Below are positions 1-9,353 of a stretch of DNA of 17,066 nt, piece by piece. The notes beneath the pieces are model-generated. The model was not told where the DNA came from and did no database searches. It saw only the letters and a program-made list of their open reading frames with translations. Location: NCBI GenBank assembly GCA_037444665.1, contig JBBILZ010000051.1, positions 1-17,066 on the forward strand, read 5' to 3'. The DNA is from a candidate division WOR-3 bacterium. Its GTDB lineage: Bacteria; Hydrothermota; Tepidihabitantia; SM23-42; JAOAFX01. The translations under genes were made by a program, and so were the position numbers. How positions within the stretch are numbered: position 1 is the stretch's first letter; every line of letters starts with the position of its first letter.

Positions 1-119
1 ACATTTCGTCTACACTGGTGAGAGAGAGGGTAAAGAAAAAATTAAATATCAATTATCTTGTTGTTCCCGAAGTACTTGCCTATATCAAAAAACATAATCT
101 TTATGTTTTTGCCTCTTGA
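1..119 (+). CDS. nadD: Nicotinate-nucleotide adenylyltransferase, 3' end only (truncated by window start)
   Basis: Frame from base 3 reads ISSTLVRERVKKKLNINYLVVPEVLAYIKKHNLYVFAS* (TGA 117-119). ISSTxxR...YLVxxxVxxYIxxxxLY is the typical NadD C-terminus. Not in the ORF track. Confidence 0.85.
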   Translation, partial: ISSTLVRERVKKKLNINYLVVPEVLAYIKKHNLYVFAS

Positions 120-143
120 CAAAAGTCAAATTCTGAATATAAT
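116..143 (+). promoter_or_regulatory. Sigma70-type promoter for rho-rpmE-prfB
   Basis: TTGACA 116-121, 16-bp spacer, TATAAT 138-143; both boxes are perfect consensus. About 120 nt of leader follows, with SD AAGGAGG at 253-259. Confidence 0.8.
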
Positions 144-269
144 TAATCATACTTTCGGAGCAGAAGTAAAATTTACGAATAAGATTCCAATTACCGAATA
201 ATGGATTCTCAACGAGGCAAGATTATAAATAGGTTTATTATATAAATTAATAAAGGAGGCAATAAATTT

Positions 270-1526
270 ATGGAGATAACAGAACTTAAAAAGAAAAAAG
301 TCGCTGACCTCCATCAGATTGCAAAGGAACTGGGTTTGACAAATTATACGGATTTGAAGAAACAGGACCTGATTCATGCAATTATTGAGGCAGAAACAAA
401 AAGAACTGAACTTGTGCCGGTTGAAGGCATTCTTCAGATTCATCCTGAGGGTTATGGTTTTTTGCGGTCACCAAATTATAACTATCTTCAGAGTCCAGAT
501 GATATTTACCTTTCAATTTCTCAGATTCGTAAATTTAACCTCAAGGTTGGTGATAGTATTAAAGGCCTTGCGCGGCCACCAAGAGAAGGAGAGCGGTATT
601 TTGCAATGATAAAAATTGAATATATTAATGACATCTCGCTCGCTGACTTCACCGAAAGAATCCTCTTTGATAATCTTACACCGCTCTATCCTAATGAAAG
701 AATCCATCTGGAAGTAGAGGAAAAAAATGATATGTCAATGCGCATTATTGACCTCTTTACACCTATTGGTAAGGGGCAGCGTGGTTTAATTGTCTCGCCA
801 CCCAGGGCAGGTAAAACAATCATTCTGCAGAAGATTGCCAACTCAATAACCATCAACCATCCTGAAATAAGCATGATTGTTTTATTGATTGATGAACGGC
901 CAGAAGAGGTAACTGATTTTGAAAGGTCAGTACAGGCAGAAGTCATTTCTTCAACATTTGATGAAACTCCAGACCGACATACTGAGGTTGCTGAGATCAT
1001 CCTGGAAAGAGCAAAGCGTATGGTTGAATCAAAAAAAGATGTGGTAATCCTGCTTGATAGTCTAACCCGACTTGCCCGGGCACATAATGCCATTGTTCCT
1101 CATTCCGGCAAAACCCTCTCTGGTGGACTTGATTCAACTGCTCTGCAAAAACCCAAAAAATTCTTTGGTTCTGCCCGTAAAATTGAAGAGGGTGGTAGTC
1201 TGACAATCATTGCTACCGCATTGATAGATACTGGTAGCCGTATGGATGAAGTGATATTTGAAGAATTCAAAGGTACGGGTAATTTAGAGATGGTCCTTGA
1301 CCGTAGACTCTCTGACCGTAGAATTTTTCCTGCCCTTGACCTTTATAAATCCGGAACCAGAAAAGAAGAATTACTCCTTACTGAATTTGAATTGAACCGT
1401 CTGTGGATTTTGAGAAAATTGCTTTCAGAAATGAATACTATTGAGCAGATGGAGTTTATCACTGAAAAGATGAGACGTACAAAAAATAATAAAGAATTTT
1501 TAGAATCAATGAGTGGAACAGAATAA
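270..1526 (+). CDS. rho: Transcription termination factor Rho
   Basis: N-terminal [48 protein letters not shown] (Walker A), [40 protein letters not shown]; 418 aa; strong SD. Confidence 0.99.
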   Translation: MEITELKKKKVADLHQIAKELGLTNYTDLKKQDLIHAIIEAETKRTELVPVEGILQIHPEGYGFLRSPNYNYLQSPDDIYLSISQIRKFNLKVGDSIKGLARPPREGERYFAMIKIEYINDISLADFTERILFDNLTPLYPNERIHLEVEEKNDMSMRIIDLFTPIGKGQRGLIVSPPRAGKTIILQKIANSITINHPEISMIVLLIDERPEEVTDFERSVQAEVISSTFDETPDRHTEVAEIILERAKRMVESKKDVVILLDSLTRLARAHNAIVPHSGKTLSGGLDSTALQKPKKFFGSARKIEEGGSLTIIATALIDTGSRMDEVIFEEFKGTGNLEMVLDRRLSDRRIFPALDLYKSGTRKEELLLTEFELNRLWILRKLLSEMNTIEQMEFITEKMRRTKNNKEFLESMSGTE

Positions 1527-1545
1527 ATATTAATGGAGGTTTAAA

Positions 1546-1782
1546 ATGAAAAAAGACATACATCCAAAATATGTGCCCTGCGTAATAACCTGCGCCTGCG
1601 GCAATAAAATTGAAACCTATTCTACCAGAGATAAAATTTCGGTAGATATTTGTTCACATTGTCATCCATTTTTTACTGGTAAACAAAAAATTGTTGATTC
1701 TGCAGGTAGGGTTGAAAAATTTGTAAGAAAATATCAGCAAAAACCAAAGGCATCAACAAAAAAGACAAAATCAGGTGATTAA
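1546..1782 (+). CDS. rpmE: 50S ribosomal protein L31, zinc-binding (C+) type
   Basis: [46 protein letters not shown] upstream; usual rho-rpmE order. Confidence 0.98.
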   Translation: MKKDIHPKYVPCVITCACGNKIETYSTRDKISVDICSHCHPFFTGKQKIVDSAGRVEKFVRKYQQKPKASTKKTKSGD

Positions 1783-1785
1783 TTT

Positions 1786-2899
1786 ATGAAAAAAATTGAA
1801 CAATTAACATATTTGACCATTAATGAAATCAAAGATTTGAAGAAAAGATACGATAGTTTAAAGGAGTATCTTTGACCCACGAAAGATTACTACTGAATTA
1901 AAAAAACTCCAGGAACAGATAAATCAGCCCGATTTCTGGAACAATAAGGAACGGGCACAAAAAATAATGACCGAAATTGACCAGAAACAGAATTGGCTGA
2001 AATCATTGGAAGAGATCGGCAATGGAATTTCATTTTTAAATGAACTTCTGGAACTAAGTGATATCGGTGAAGAAATATTAAAGGGTGCAGACCTGGAGGC
2101 AAAAAATATTGAAAAAAAGATAAAAAATTTAGAACTTCAGATTCTTTTAGGTAAAGAGGACGATAATAAAAACTGCCTTTTGACCATCCACCCTGGTGCT
2201 GGTGGGACTGAATCCTGTGATTGGGCAGAAATGCTATTCAGAATGTATACCCGCTATATACAATCAAAAAATTTTTCTTATACTATTCTGGACCTGCTGC
2301 CTGGTGATATTGCAGGAATTAAAGATGCAACTATAGAGGTCCGTGGTAATTATGCCTACGGCTTATTAAAAGCAGAGGCAGGTATACATAGAATGGTGCG
2401 ATTATCACCATTTGATGCCAATCAAAAAAGGCATACCTCTTTTGCTTCAGTATTTGTCTACCCGGAAGTAGAAGAGGTCAGTTTTGAAATTAGCGAAGAT
2501 GACCTGAAGATTGAAACTTTTCGTGCTGGTGGACATGGTGGTCAAAATGTGAATAAAGTATCATCAGCAGTGAGAATTACCCACATTCCTACAGGAATTA
2601 TTGTTCAGTGCCAGAATGAACGTTCTCAATTTCAGAATAAAACAACCGCCCTTAAAGTCCTGAAATCGCGCCTTTATGATTACTATAAGCGAAAAGAAGA
2701 AGAAAAATTGAATAAACTTGAGGAGCAAAAAACCGAAATTGCCTGGGGACATCAAATACGCTCATACATCTTTCACCCCTATAAACTTGTAAAAGACCAC
2801 AGGACCGACTACGAAACATCCCGGATTGAAAAAGTAATGGATGGTGAAATTGATGAATTCATTTATGCCTATTTGAGTATGCAGGCAAAGAAACATTAA
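1786..2899 (+). CDS. prfB: Peptide chain release factor 2 with programmed +1 frameshift (join 1786..1872,1874..2899; about 370 aa)
   Basis: ATG 1786 opens 29 codons ending AAG GAG TAT CTT TGA C (1861-1876). The +1 frame continues [34 protein letters not shown] into the tracked ORF, which has [14 protein letters not shown], the RF2-specific SPF motif and GGQ. Confidence 0.97.
1862..1876 (+). promoter_or_regulatory. RF2 +1 frameshift cassette (internal SD AGGAG, then TAT CTT TGA C)
   Basis: AGGAG 1862-1866, slippery CTT-T at 1870-1873, in-frame TGA 1873-1875 followed by C; matches the known prfB autoregulatory site. Confidence 0.95.
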
Positions 2900-2924
2900 T
2901 GTAAAAAAAATAATATTTCCATAG

Positions 2925-2952
2925 TTGACAGTTGAACTTATTCTTATATAAT
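2925..2952 (+). promoter_or_regulatory. Sigma70-type promoter, probably giving a leaderless mRNA for the 2958 gene
   Basis: TTGACA 2925-2930, 16-bp spacer, TATAAT 2947-2952, then 5 nt to ATG 2958; no SD. Confidence 0.75.
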
Positions 2953-2957
2953 CTATT

Positions 2958-4676
2958 ATGTTAATATTTCTAACTCTTTATTTAAGTTTTAACAGCGACT
3001 ATCAAAATTTCATAAATTCGCCGGTAAGTGAATCAATTTTTGTAACACTCGTCAGGGATAAAACAAAAATAATTGAATATAAAGACAATCCTATTGTCCT
3101 GTGGTTCTGGCGGAGTAAAACCAATGATACAAGTGTTGATACTTTCTTAAAAAATATTTCTCTCCCAAGAAATTTTTATCTCTCTGCGGTCTTAAGATGG
3201 GAAGCCCAGAATACCAATCTTATTGGTGAAAAATTTGATAAAATTAAACTCGCCACACATTTTGATTCATTATCAATAGAAAATTTTTTTTCAATAATCT
3301 CACTGGGCTTATCTACCCGAAAATTTGATTTTCTGAAAACCGCATTTACATTACCAATCCTTGCTGATTTTCGTAATCAAATTTTCTTATTAAGCAATCT
3401 CTCCTTACTTTTTATTACTGCCTTACTATTTACCTGTATTGCTTTCGTTTTGATAAAATTGATACATTATCTACCAGTCCTTTCACATAGATTAGACCCC
3501 ATGAAGCATAATCAATTTAAGGGTATCATTGGATTCGCTCTGTTGTTGATCCCTGTTTTTATTATAAAAAATCTTTATCTTGCATTTGGTATTTATAGTA
3601 TTATTCTGACATTTATCTTTAGCCTGCGTGAAAAAAACTGGCTAAGAATCAATCTCATTTTAATAATTCTCTTTTCCGCCGTTATTTCAATGTTTAATTA
3701 CATACCTTTCTTGCGGGGCACAGATAAAGCCTATTATTTATACCAGATGGTAGCAATGGATGGTGATATTAGAATTAATCCCGAGACAAATATTGAGAAA
3801 GAAATTCTTGCCTATGTATTGAAACAGCATGGTCGTTTTGATGAAGCAATGGGACTATATGAAGACCTTTACTACAATCAGAATATTCATAATTTGAGTG
3901 TTATGAATAATCTGGCGAATCTATATACCCTCTATGACGAAGATAGTCGGGCGGAGGAATTATACCTTAAGGCGTCAAGGGAAGAACGGGGTGAACCTTA
4001 TTTCAATCTGGCGCTTTTAAAATATAAAAAGATTGAATATCTCGCCGCAAGTGAAAACATGGAAGAGGCAAGAAAAAAAGGTTTTATAAGTGGGAGTAAA
4101 GAACCTGTGGATATTCTTCCTGCAAATAAAGATTTTTATGATTTAATAAAAGTAAATAAATTGAATGTTTCAGGACCCATTTCTACATTTTCACTTATAA
4201 TGTTTTTAATCATCTTTATTGTTACTTTTTTACCCTTTAAACTTTCACCGCCCTATCATTGTGTTATCTGCGGCAAGGCAATCTGTAAGGGTTGTACTGA
4301 ACAGATTAATGAGGAACCACACTGCAATGATTGTCTCACTAAATTGAACGCCACTAAAAATCCAGAAATAGAGGAAGAATTAAAAATTTCGCTGGGCAGA
4401 AATCATAGGCTGAGCAAAAAAATAATTGCTGTTGGGTTAAATATTATCTTACCCGGTGCAGGTTTGATTTACAAAAATAAAAATTTCTCAGGGTTACTTA
4501 TCGCATTTTTGGGATTAATGGTTTATATACCTTTATTATTCAGAGACCATTTTATCAAACCCGCCGGCTGGATTGCTTTATCAATAACACCGTTGATTCT
4601 ATTAATTGGTGCAGTTATCTTATTTTTCTGTTACCTCATCTCATTCCTATTATTTGGAGGTTCTGATGCCGATTGA
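2958..4676 (+). CDS. Multi-pass membrane protein with TPR repeats and a Cys-rich (B-box-like) zinc-binding segment
   Basis: Several hydrophobic TM segments; TPR-like LAYVLKQHGRFDEAMGLY, MNNLANLY...AEELYLKA, YFNLALLKY; CVICGKAICKGC...HCNDC; C-terminal LNIILPGAGLIY helix motif. Confidence 0.75.
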   Translation: MLIFLTLYLSFNSDYQNFINSPVSESIFVTLVRDKTKIIEYKDNPIVLWFWRSKTNDTSVDTFLKNISLPRNFYLSAVLRWEAQNTNLIGEKFDKIKLATHFDSLSIENFFSIISLGLSTRKFDFLKTAFTLPILADFRNQIFLLSNLSLLFITALLFTCIAFVLIKLIHYLPVLSHRLDPMKHNQFKGIIGFALLLIPVFIIKNLYLAFGIYSIILTFIFSLREKNWLRINLILIILFSAVISMFNYIPFLRGTDKAYYLYQMVAMDGDIRINPETNIEKEILAYVLKQHGRFDEAMGLYEDLYYNQNIHNLSVMNNLANLYTLYDEDSRAEELYLKASREERGEPYFNLALLKYKKIEYLAASENMEEARKKGFISGSKEPVDILPANKDFYDLIKVNKLNVSGPISTFSLIMFLIIFIVTFLPFKLSPPYHCVICGKAICKGCTEQINEEPHCNDCLTKLNATKNPEIEEELKISLGRNHRLSKKIIAVGLNIILPGAGLIYKNKNFSGLLIAFLGLMVYIPLLFRDHFIKPAGWIALSITPLILLIGAVILFFCYLISFLLFGGSDAD

Positions 4677-5640
4677 AGGTGATCTAAAAAGTATTAACTT
4701 TTCAAGTATATTACAATTGATCTCTCAGGAACGTCTTACCGGCGTTTTAAAAATAAAGCGCAAAAATGAACTGGTTGATATTGGTTTTATTGAAGGATAT
4801 ATCACTGGCGCATTTTTTGAAAAGGGTGAAAAAACAGAGCGCCTTGAAAATTATCTGGTGCGGTCGGGTATTATCAAAAAGAATCTTTTTGAAATGATCC
4901 AGGAAATTCACGAAGAGACAAAAAGACCAATAATGAACATTATAATTGACGATAAATATCTGACCATAGAAGAGATTGAACGGATTATAAAATTCAAAAT
5001 TCAGGAAGTGGTGGATGAAGTATTTACCTGGCAGGAAGGAGAATTTAAATTTGAGCAGGGCGCAGTAATTTATCCAAAAAGTATTATAAGAATAAAACTG
5101 AATACTGAAAATATAGTGATTGAATCGGCGCGGAGATTTGATGAATGGCCCAGAATTATTAATCAAATACCTTCTTCTGACCTGGTATATAAAAAAGTAG
5201 AGAGACCAGAATTGAAATTAAAATTACCGGATGATGAACTACAGGTCCTATCATTAATTGATGGCCAGCGCAGTGTTAATGACCTTATTGAAATATCAGG
5301 GCTTGGAAAATTTCATACTTATTCCTGTCTCTATCATTTACTAACCACCGGTCAGATTGAACTTTCATATGCCAAGCCCACACCCAAGATTGTAAAGCCC
5401 AAAAAAGAGATTTCATTAAAATTTCTCTCCACTCCCATAATGATTCTTCTCTTTATTGCGGTCGTTTTCATTGAGCTATTGCTCGGTAATTTTGTCTCCA
5501 AAAAATTGAATTTTTCATTTTCCATATTTGAGCAATCCTTTTCTGAAAGCGATTATTATGACTATAAAAAGGTATTTTTTTATAAACATAATCGCCTCCC
5601 CTCTACTCTGGAAGTAAAGTCTATTTTTGAAAAGGAATAG
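4666..5640 (+). CDS. DUF4388 (PATAN-like) domain protein with a C-terminal TM helix
   Basis: Likely start is ATG 4666 (SD GGAGG 4656-4660), not 4606. MPIEGDLKSINFSSILQLISQERLTGVLKI, VFTWQEGEFKF, IESARRFDEW and VLSLIDGQRSVNDLIEIS are typical of DUF4388 proteins. Overlaps the upstream gene by 11 nt. Confidence 0.8.
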   Translation: MPIEGDLKSINFSSILQLISQERLTGVLKIKRKNELVDIGFIEGYITGAFFEKGEKTERLENYLVRSGIIKKNLFEMIQEIHEETKRPIMNIIIDDKYLTIEEIERIIKFKIQEVVDEVFTWQEGEFKFEQGAVIYPKSIIRIKLNTENIVIESARRFDEWPRIINQIPSSDLVYKKVERPELKLKLPDDELQVLSLIDGQRSVNDLIEISGLGKFHTYSCLYHLLTTGQIELSYAKPTPKIVKPKKEISLKFLSTPIMILLFIAVVFIELLLGNFVSKKLNFSFSIFEQSFSESDYYDYKKVFFYKHNRLPSTLEVKSIFEKE

Positions 5641-5646
5641 TGACCT

Positions 5647-6624
5647 ATGTTATATAAAAATGCCGGTGTAGATATTGATAGATTAAATTTAATAAAAAAA
5701 GGTATTGGCAAAGAGGTAGTGAAAACCTTTAAGAAAAATTCTAAATCCCGATTTGGATTATTCGGGGGTATCTATGCCTTCGGCGATAAACTTATTATAA
5801 GCAGTGTGGATAGTGTTGGCACAAAAATACTTATTGCCTGTGCTACAGGTATACATAATACGGTTGGTATGGATATTGTAAACCATTGTGTGAACGATAT
5901 TCTTACTACCGGCGCCAGACCATTATTCTTTATGGATTACATTGGATTTTCCGAACTGAAGAATTTTGTTTTGGCAGATATAATGAAAGGACTCGTCTCT
6001 GCTTGTAAACGAGAAGAGATGGCTCTTATCGGTGGTGAAACTGCACAATTGAAAAGATTTTATCCCGAGGGGATTTATGACCTTGTAGGATTTATTGTTG
6101 GTATCGTTAACAAAAATGAATATATTGACCCCGCAAAAATTTTGCCCGGAAACTTGCTTCTTGGGTTAAAGTCATCCGGATTGCACACCAATGGTTATAC
6201 ACTCGCCCGAAAAATTTTGCTCAGTAAATTTTCTTTATCCAGTTATATAAAAGAACTCGGTTGCACAATCGGTGAAGAATTATTAAAAATCCATCGTTCT
6301 TATCGTCACGCACTTGAACCCAGGTTGAAATTTATCAACGGTATGGCACATATTACTGGTGGCGGGTTCTATGATAATATCCAGCGGATATTACCGAAAG
6401 GCAGTTCAGCAATTATTAAGAAGAAATCCTGGAAAGTTCCATCTATATTTAACTTGATTCAAAAGATTGGTAAGGTGCCTGATGCAGAGATGTATCGTGT
6501 CTTTAATATGGGCATCGGGATGGTCGTTATTATAAAACCTGAAAATTTGAAGTATTTTAAAATTTTAAAACCTTTAATTATCGGTGAGATTGTGAAAGGT
6601 GATTTTGGCGTCAGAATAGAATAG
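5647..6624 (+). CDS. purM: Phosphoribosylformylglycinamidine cyclo-ligase (AIR synthetase)
   Basis: YKNAGVDI, DSVGTK, NHCVNDIL..GARPLFFMDY, IGGETA, SSGLHTNGY, AHITGGG, EMYRVFNMGIGM. Confidence 0.97.
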   Translation: MLYKNAGVDIDRLNLIKKGIGKEVVKTFKKNSKSRFGLFGGIYAFGDKLIISSVDSVGTKILIACATGIHNTVGMDIVNHCVNDILTTGARPLFFMDYIGFSELKNFVLADIMKGLVSACKREEMALIGGETAQLKRFYPEGIYDLVGFIVGIVNKNEYIDPAKILPGNLLLGLKSSGLHTNGYTLARKILLSKFSLSSYIKELGCTIGEELLKIHRSYRHALEPRLKFINGMAHITGGGFYDNIQRILPKGSSAIIKKKSWKVPSIFNLIQKIGKVPDAEMYRVFNMGIGMVVIIKPENLKYFKILKPLIIGEIVKGDFGVRIE

Positions 6625-6626
6625 CA

Positions 6627-6827
6627 TTAAAGAGCAAAAGGTTCTCTATCTTCGGTTTTTTGCCTATCTAATAATTGAGTAAAACCATAAACCTGCATTA
6701 TCTCTTCATAAAAAAATGTTGCATCACATTCCGGGCATATATAATTCCCATCCTGATTCATTACTAAATCATTATATTTTGAAGTAAAAAGACAAAAAGG
6801 ACAGAGAATTCTATCAAACCTTGCCAT
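6627..6827 (-). CDS. Small putative zinc-ribbon protein (66 aa)
   Basis: CPFC...YICPEC pair of CxxC motifs; fills the purM/YfhO gap with 2 nt between the converging stops; has its own promoter directly upstream. Confidence 0.7.
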   Translation of the reverse strand: MARFDRILCPFCLFTSKYNDLVMNQDGNYICPECDATFFYEEIMQVYGFTQLLDRQKTEDREPFAL

Positions 6828-6832
6828 TGAAA

Positions 6833-6860
6833 ATTATATTTAAATCCTCAGCGAAGTCAA
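6833..6860 (-). promoter_or_regulatory. Sigma70-type promoter, probably leaderless, for the zinc-ribbon gene
   Basis: Minus strand TTGACT (6860-6855), 16-bp spacer, TATAAT (6838-6833), 5 nt to ATG 6827; no SD. Confidence 0.7.
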
Positions 6861-6865
6861 CACCA

Positions 6866-9280
6866 TTAATGTGGTAGCATTTTTAAACGATATTTTACTG
6901 CGAGACGCCAGAGTCCAAACGGAATATAGAACCCTAAAATTGCGCATATTGAAACAATGGTAATGATTAAACCCGTGTTAAATGGTATTGATTTATATTC
7001 AAATACCACCTCATGATTACCTGTCTGGACATATACTCCACGGAATGTGTAATTGACACGATAAACATTTTCCATTTTTCCATCAACATATACACGCCAA
7101 TCAGGATGCCAGTTATCACCCAAAACAAGAATTCCTGGATAAGCGGAACTTGTTTCAACAATAACCTGGTTAGGGGTATAGTGTTTAATCTTTGCCTCAA
7201 CCATTGGTAATTTGCGGTCAGGATGAGGATAATTGACACTATCTTCTATTATTACGAATTCTCGGGGACTAAAATTTGGCGATTTCATAATGTCCAGAAT
7301 TTTTTCTGATGGTAAAACAATATAATCAAACACAATAAAAGCACGGGGCAAAACGCTATCATTCTGATATACTGAATTTTGATACCCGTGATAGATCGGC
7401 TTGAATCTTGATAGATAATTTTTTATCATCTGAATAATTCTCTGCGAATTGGGGTCATAACTGGAAATGTCATCAGGCAGGTTTGGTGCAACAATATATT
7501 TTAAATTTAACATATCAACAAATTTAGGATATTGAAAAAGATTCTGGGGATTGAACATAACACTTGTCCCGGCGCCAATAAAATCTTGATATCGTTGAAG
7601 AGGATTGGCAATATAGCCACCCGCACTCTGGATATTATGATACAAAAGATAAGAATCCCGGTCATGTTCTCCACGGCTACCATACTGAAAGGGAAATACG
7701 CGGAAAATAGTATTGTCATTTTTTAGAAATCTTATGATATCATCAGCCTGGTAATAGATTTCAGGTGCAGGACCGGTGGGCAGGTATTTTGCCATTACGG
7801 GCAACTGGTGTATAAGTGTGAGTAAGGCAAAGATTAATGTGGCTGTGGAAATACGAAGTTTATGATTAAGAGAAAAATATGTCATAACCAATCCCAACAC
7901 AACAATTATTGAACTTATAATTGCACCATTAAAATAAGAAGAAAGATTTTTTTCAAAATAAGCAACCTTCTGTCCTGCTCCAGCCCGTGCAATTGCAGGT
8001 GCAATCAAAAACATAATGATAAGCAAACAGAAAAATAATACCGCACCGGCAATAATAAATTTCTTTTTTTCTAATTTTCTCTGAACTACCAGTTCTTCAA
8101 ATCCAATACTACCAATTATTACTATACTGAAGGAAACAAGATAAAAAGCAAGACTTGGTGCACGCATAAGTTTGAAACCAGGAATCAGGGTATAAAAAAG
8201 GCGATGGATTGGGGTTGCTGACCCAAAGCAGTAAAAAAGTGCGATGAGCCCGACGAATGTGAAGAATCTTATATAATTTTTCCGCCAGCAGAAAATCCAT
8301 GCCCATATTGCAAATACTATAATGAGCACGCCGAAAAACTCGGTGTGGAGTTTCATCATATTTGGACCCCAGTAATGTTCCAATCCTCCAGAAAAACCTG
8401 GCACCAGTAAATCAAAAATTTCAACTGGTGGAAGGTGCCAGGATGCAGCATATTCATATCCCCTTTCTACCCCTCTGGCAACCGTCTTCATTCCTGCCAG
8501 CACCGGCAACCAGATCATTGCCATAAGAAGGCAGATTAGCATTATTGAAAAAAATCCGTATCCAAATATTTTTACAAAATCTTTTTTTACCAGTGTTTTC
8601 CGATGGGTGATTAGGTAATGGATGACATAACCGACCATTACAATTAAACCATAATATGTAATCTGAAAATGTCCCTGATAAAATGCAAAGGCAATGACGA
8701 TGCTCAATAGGATAAAATAATTTATCTTCCGCGTGCTCATTGCGCGGTGCAATAAAAAAAGCATTAGACCAAAAATTGCAATGCTTGCGGCACGCCCAGT
8801 ATGTCCTGCCTCAGGTGTTGTAGCAAGATTGCCAATCCATTGATATACAAATGCACCGAGTACAGCAGTATATTTGGATAGACCAATTTCCTTCAGGTAC
8901 AAATACATTCCCAGACCCGCAATAAAAAAAAGTATAATAAAGATTAAACAATGAACAACCTGAGGCGGAAACAAATACCTTAACTGGGCAAGCGGTGCAA
9001 ACTGTCCACCCACTGGTGCACCAAGTGTCGGGAAACCACCAAAGACCATCGGGTTCCAGAGTGGAATGGCTTTCTGTTCAAGTGCATATTTTTCAAAGGG
9101 ATACCCATCCAATAGATAATCTGAGCCGGCAATCATTTTGTCAGTAGTCAAAAACTGTGCAAAATAGATAAATGGAATTATAAAAAGTAATGCAATGATG
9201 ATTTTTTCCCAGTGGATATCTAAAAAATTTTCTTTCTCTATTTTTTCTGCGGGTCTTTTTGCCCTATCCTTCTTCCCCAT
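6866..9280 (-). CDS. YfhO-family polytopic membrane protein (GT-C fold glycosyltransferase-like)
   Basis: 804 aa with many TM helices; PLWNPMVFGGFP, LIPGFKLMRAP, DMLNLKYIV, YQNDSVLPRAF and C-terminal LVLGDNWHPDWRVYVDGK...VNYTFRGVYVQTGNHEVVFEY, characteristic of YfhO. Confidence 0.85.
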   Translation of the reverse strand: MGKKDRAKRPAEKIEKENFLDIHWEKIIIALLFIIPFIYFAQFLTTDKMIAGSDYLLDGYPFEKYALEQKAIPLWNPMVFGGFPTLGAPVGGQFAPLAQLRYLFPPQVVHCLIFIILFFIAGLGMYLYLKEIGLSKYTAVLGAFVYQWIGNLATTPEAGHTGRAASIAIFGLMLFLLHRAMSTRKINYFILLSIVIAFAFYQGHFQITYYGLIVMVGYVIHYLITHRKTLVKKDFVKIFGYGFFSIMLICLLMAMIWLPVLAGMKTVARGVERGYEYAASWHLPPVEIFDLLVPGFSGGLEHYWGPNMMKLHTEFFGVLIIVFAIWAWIFCWRKNYIRFFTFVGLIALFYCFGSATPIHRLFYTLIPGFKLMRAPSLAFYLVSFSIVIIGSIGFEELVVQRKLEKKKFIIAGAVLFFCLLIIMFLIAPAIARAGAGQKVAYFEKNLSSYFNGAIISSIIVVLGLVMTYFSLNHKLRISTATLIFALLTLIHQLPVMAKYLPTGPAPEIYYQADDIIRFLKNDNTIFRVFPFQYGSRGEHDRDSYLLYHNIQSAGGYIANPLQRYQDFIGAGTSVMFNPQNLFQYPKFVDMLNLKYIVAPNLPDDISSYDPNSQRIIQMIKNYLSRFKPIYHGYQNSVYQNDSVLPRAFIVFDYIVLPSEKILDIMKSPNFSPREFVIIEDSVNYPHPDRKLPMVEAKIKHYTPNQVIVETSSAYPGILVLGDNWHPDWRVYVDGKMENVYRVNYTFRGVYVQTGNHEVVFEYKSIPFNTGLIITIVSICAILGFYIPFGLWRLAVKYRLKMLPH

Positions 9281-9286
9281 TGTTTA

Positions 9287-9314
9287 AGTATAATTAAAAT
9301 TAGCCCTGTGTCAA
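9287..9314 (-). promoter_or_regulatory. Sigma70-type promoter, probably leaderless, for the YfhO-like gene
   Basis: Minus strand TTGACA (9314-9309), 16-bp spacer, TATACT (9292-9287), 6 nt to ATG 9280; no SD. Confidence 0.7.
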
Positions 9315-9353
9315 GAAATTGAATCCCTTTTATAGATTTTTGATTTCAACTGA

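Noticed and set aside
144..269. Riboswitch or attenuator in the rho leader
   Set aside because: Only weak AT-rich pairings (e.g. TTTATTA/TAATAAA) and no recognisable aptamer. Rho autoregulation through the leader is plausible but cannot be shown from sequence.
1786..1875. prfB pseudogene or sequencing frameshift
   Set aside because: The break is at the canonical SD-TAT-CTT-TGA-C programmed frameshift site.
4606..4665. Upstream start of the DUF4388 gene given in the track
   Set aside because: The domain begins at MPIEGDL (4666), which has a GGAGG SD; the extension only lengthens the overlap with the upstream gene.
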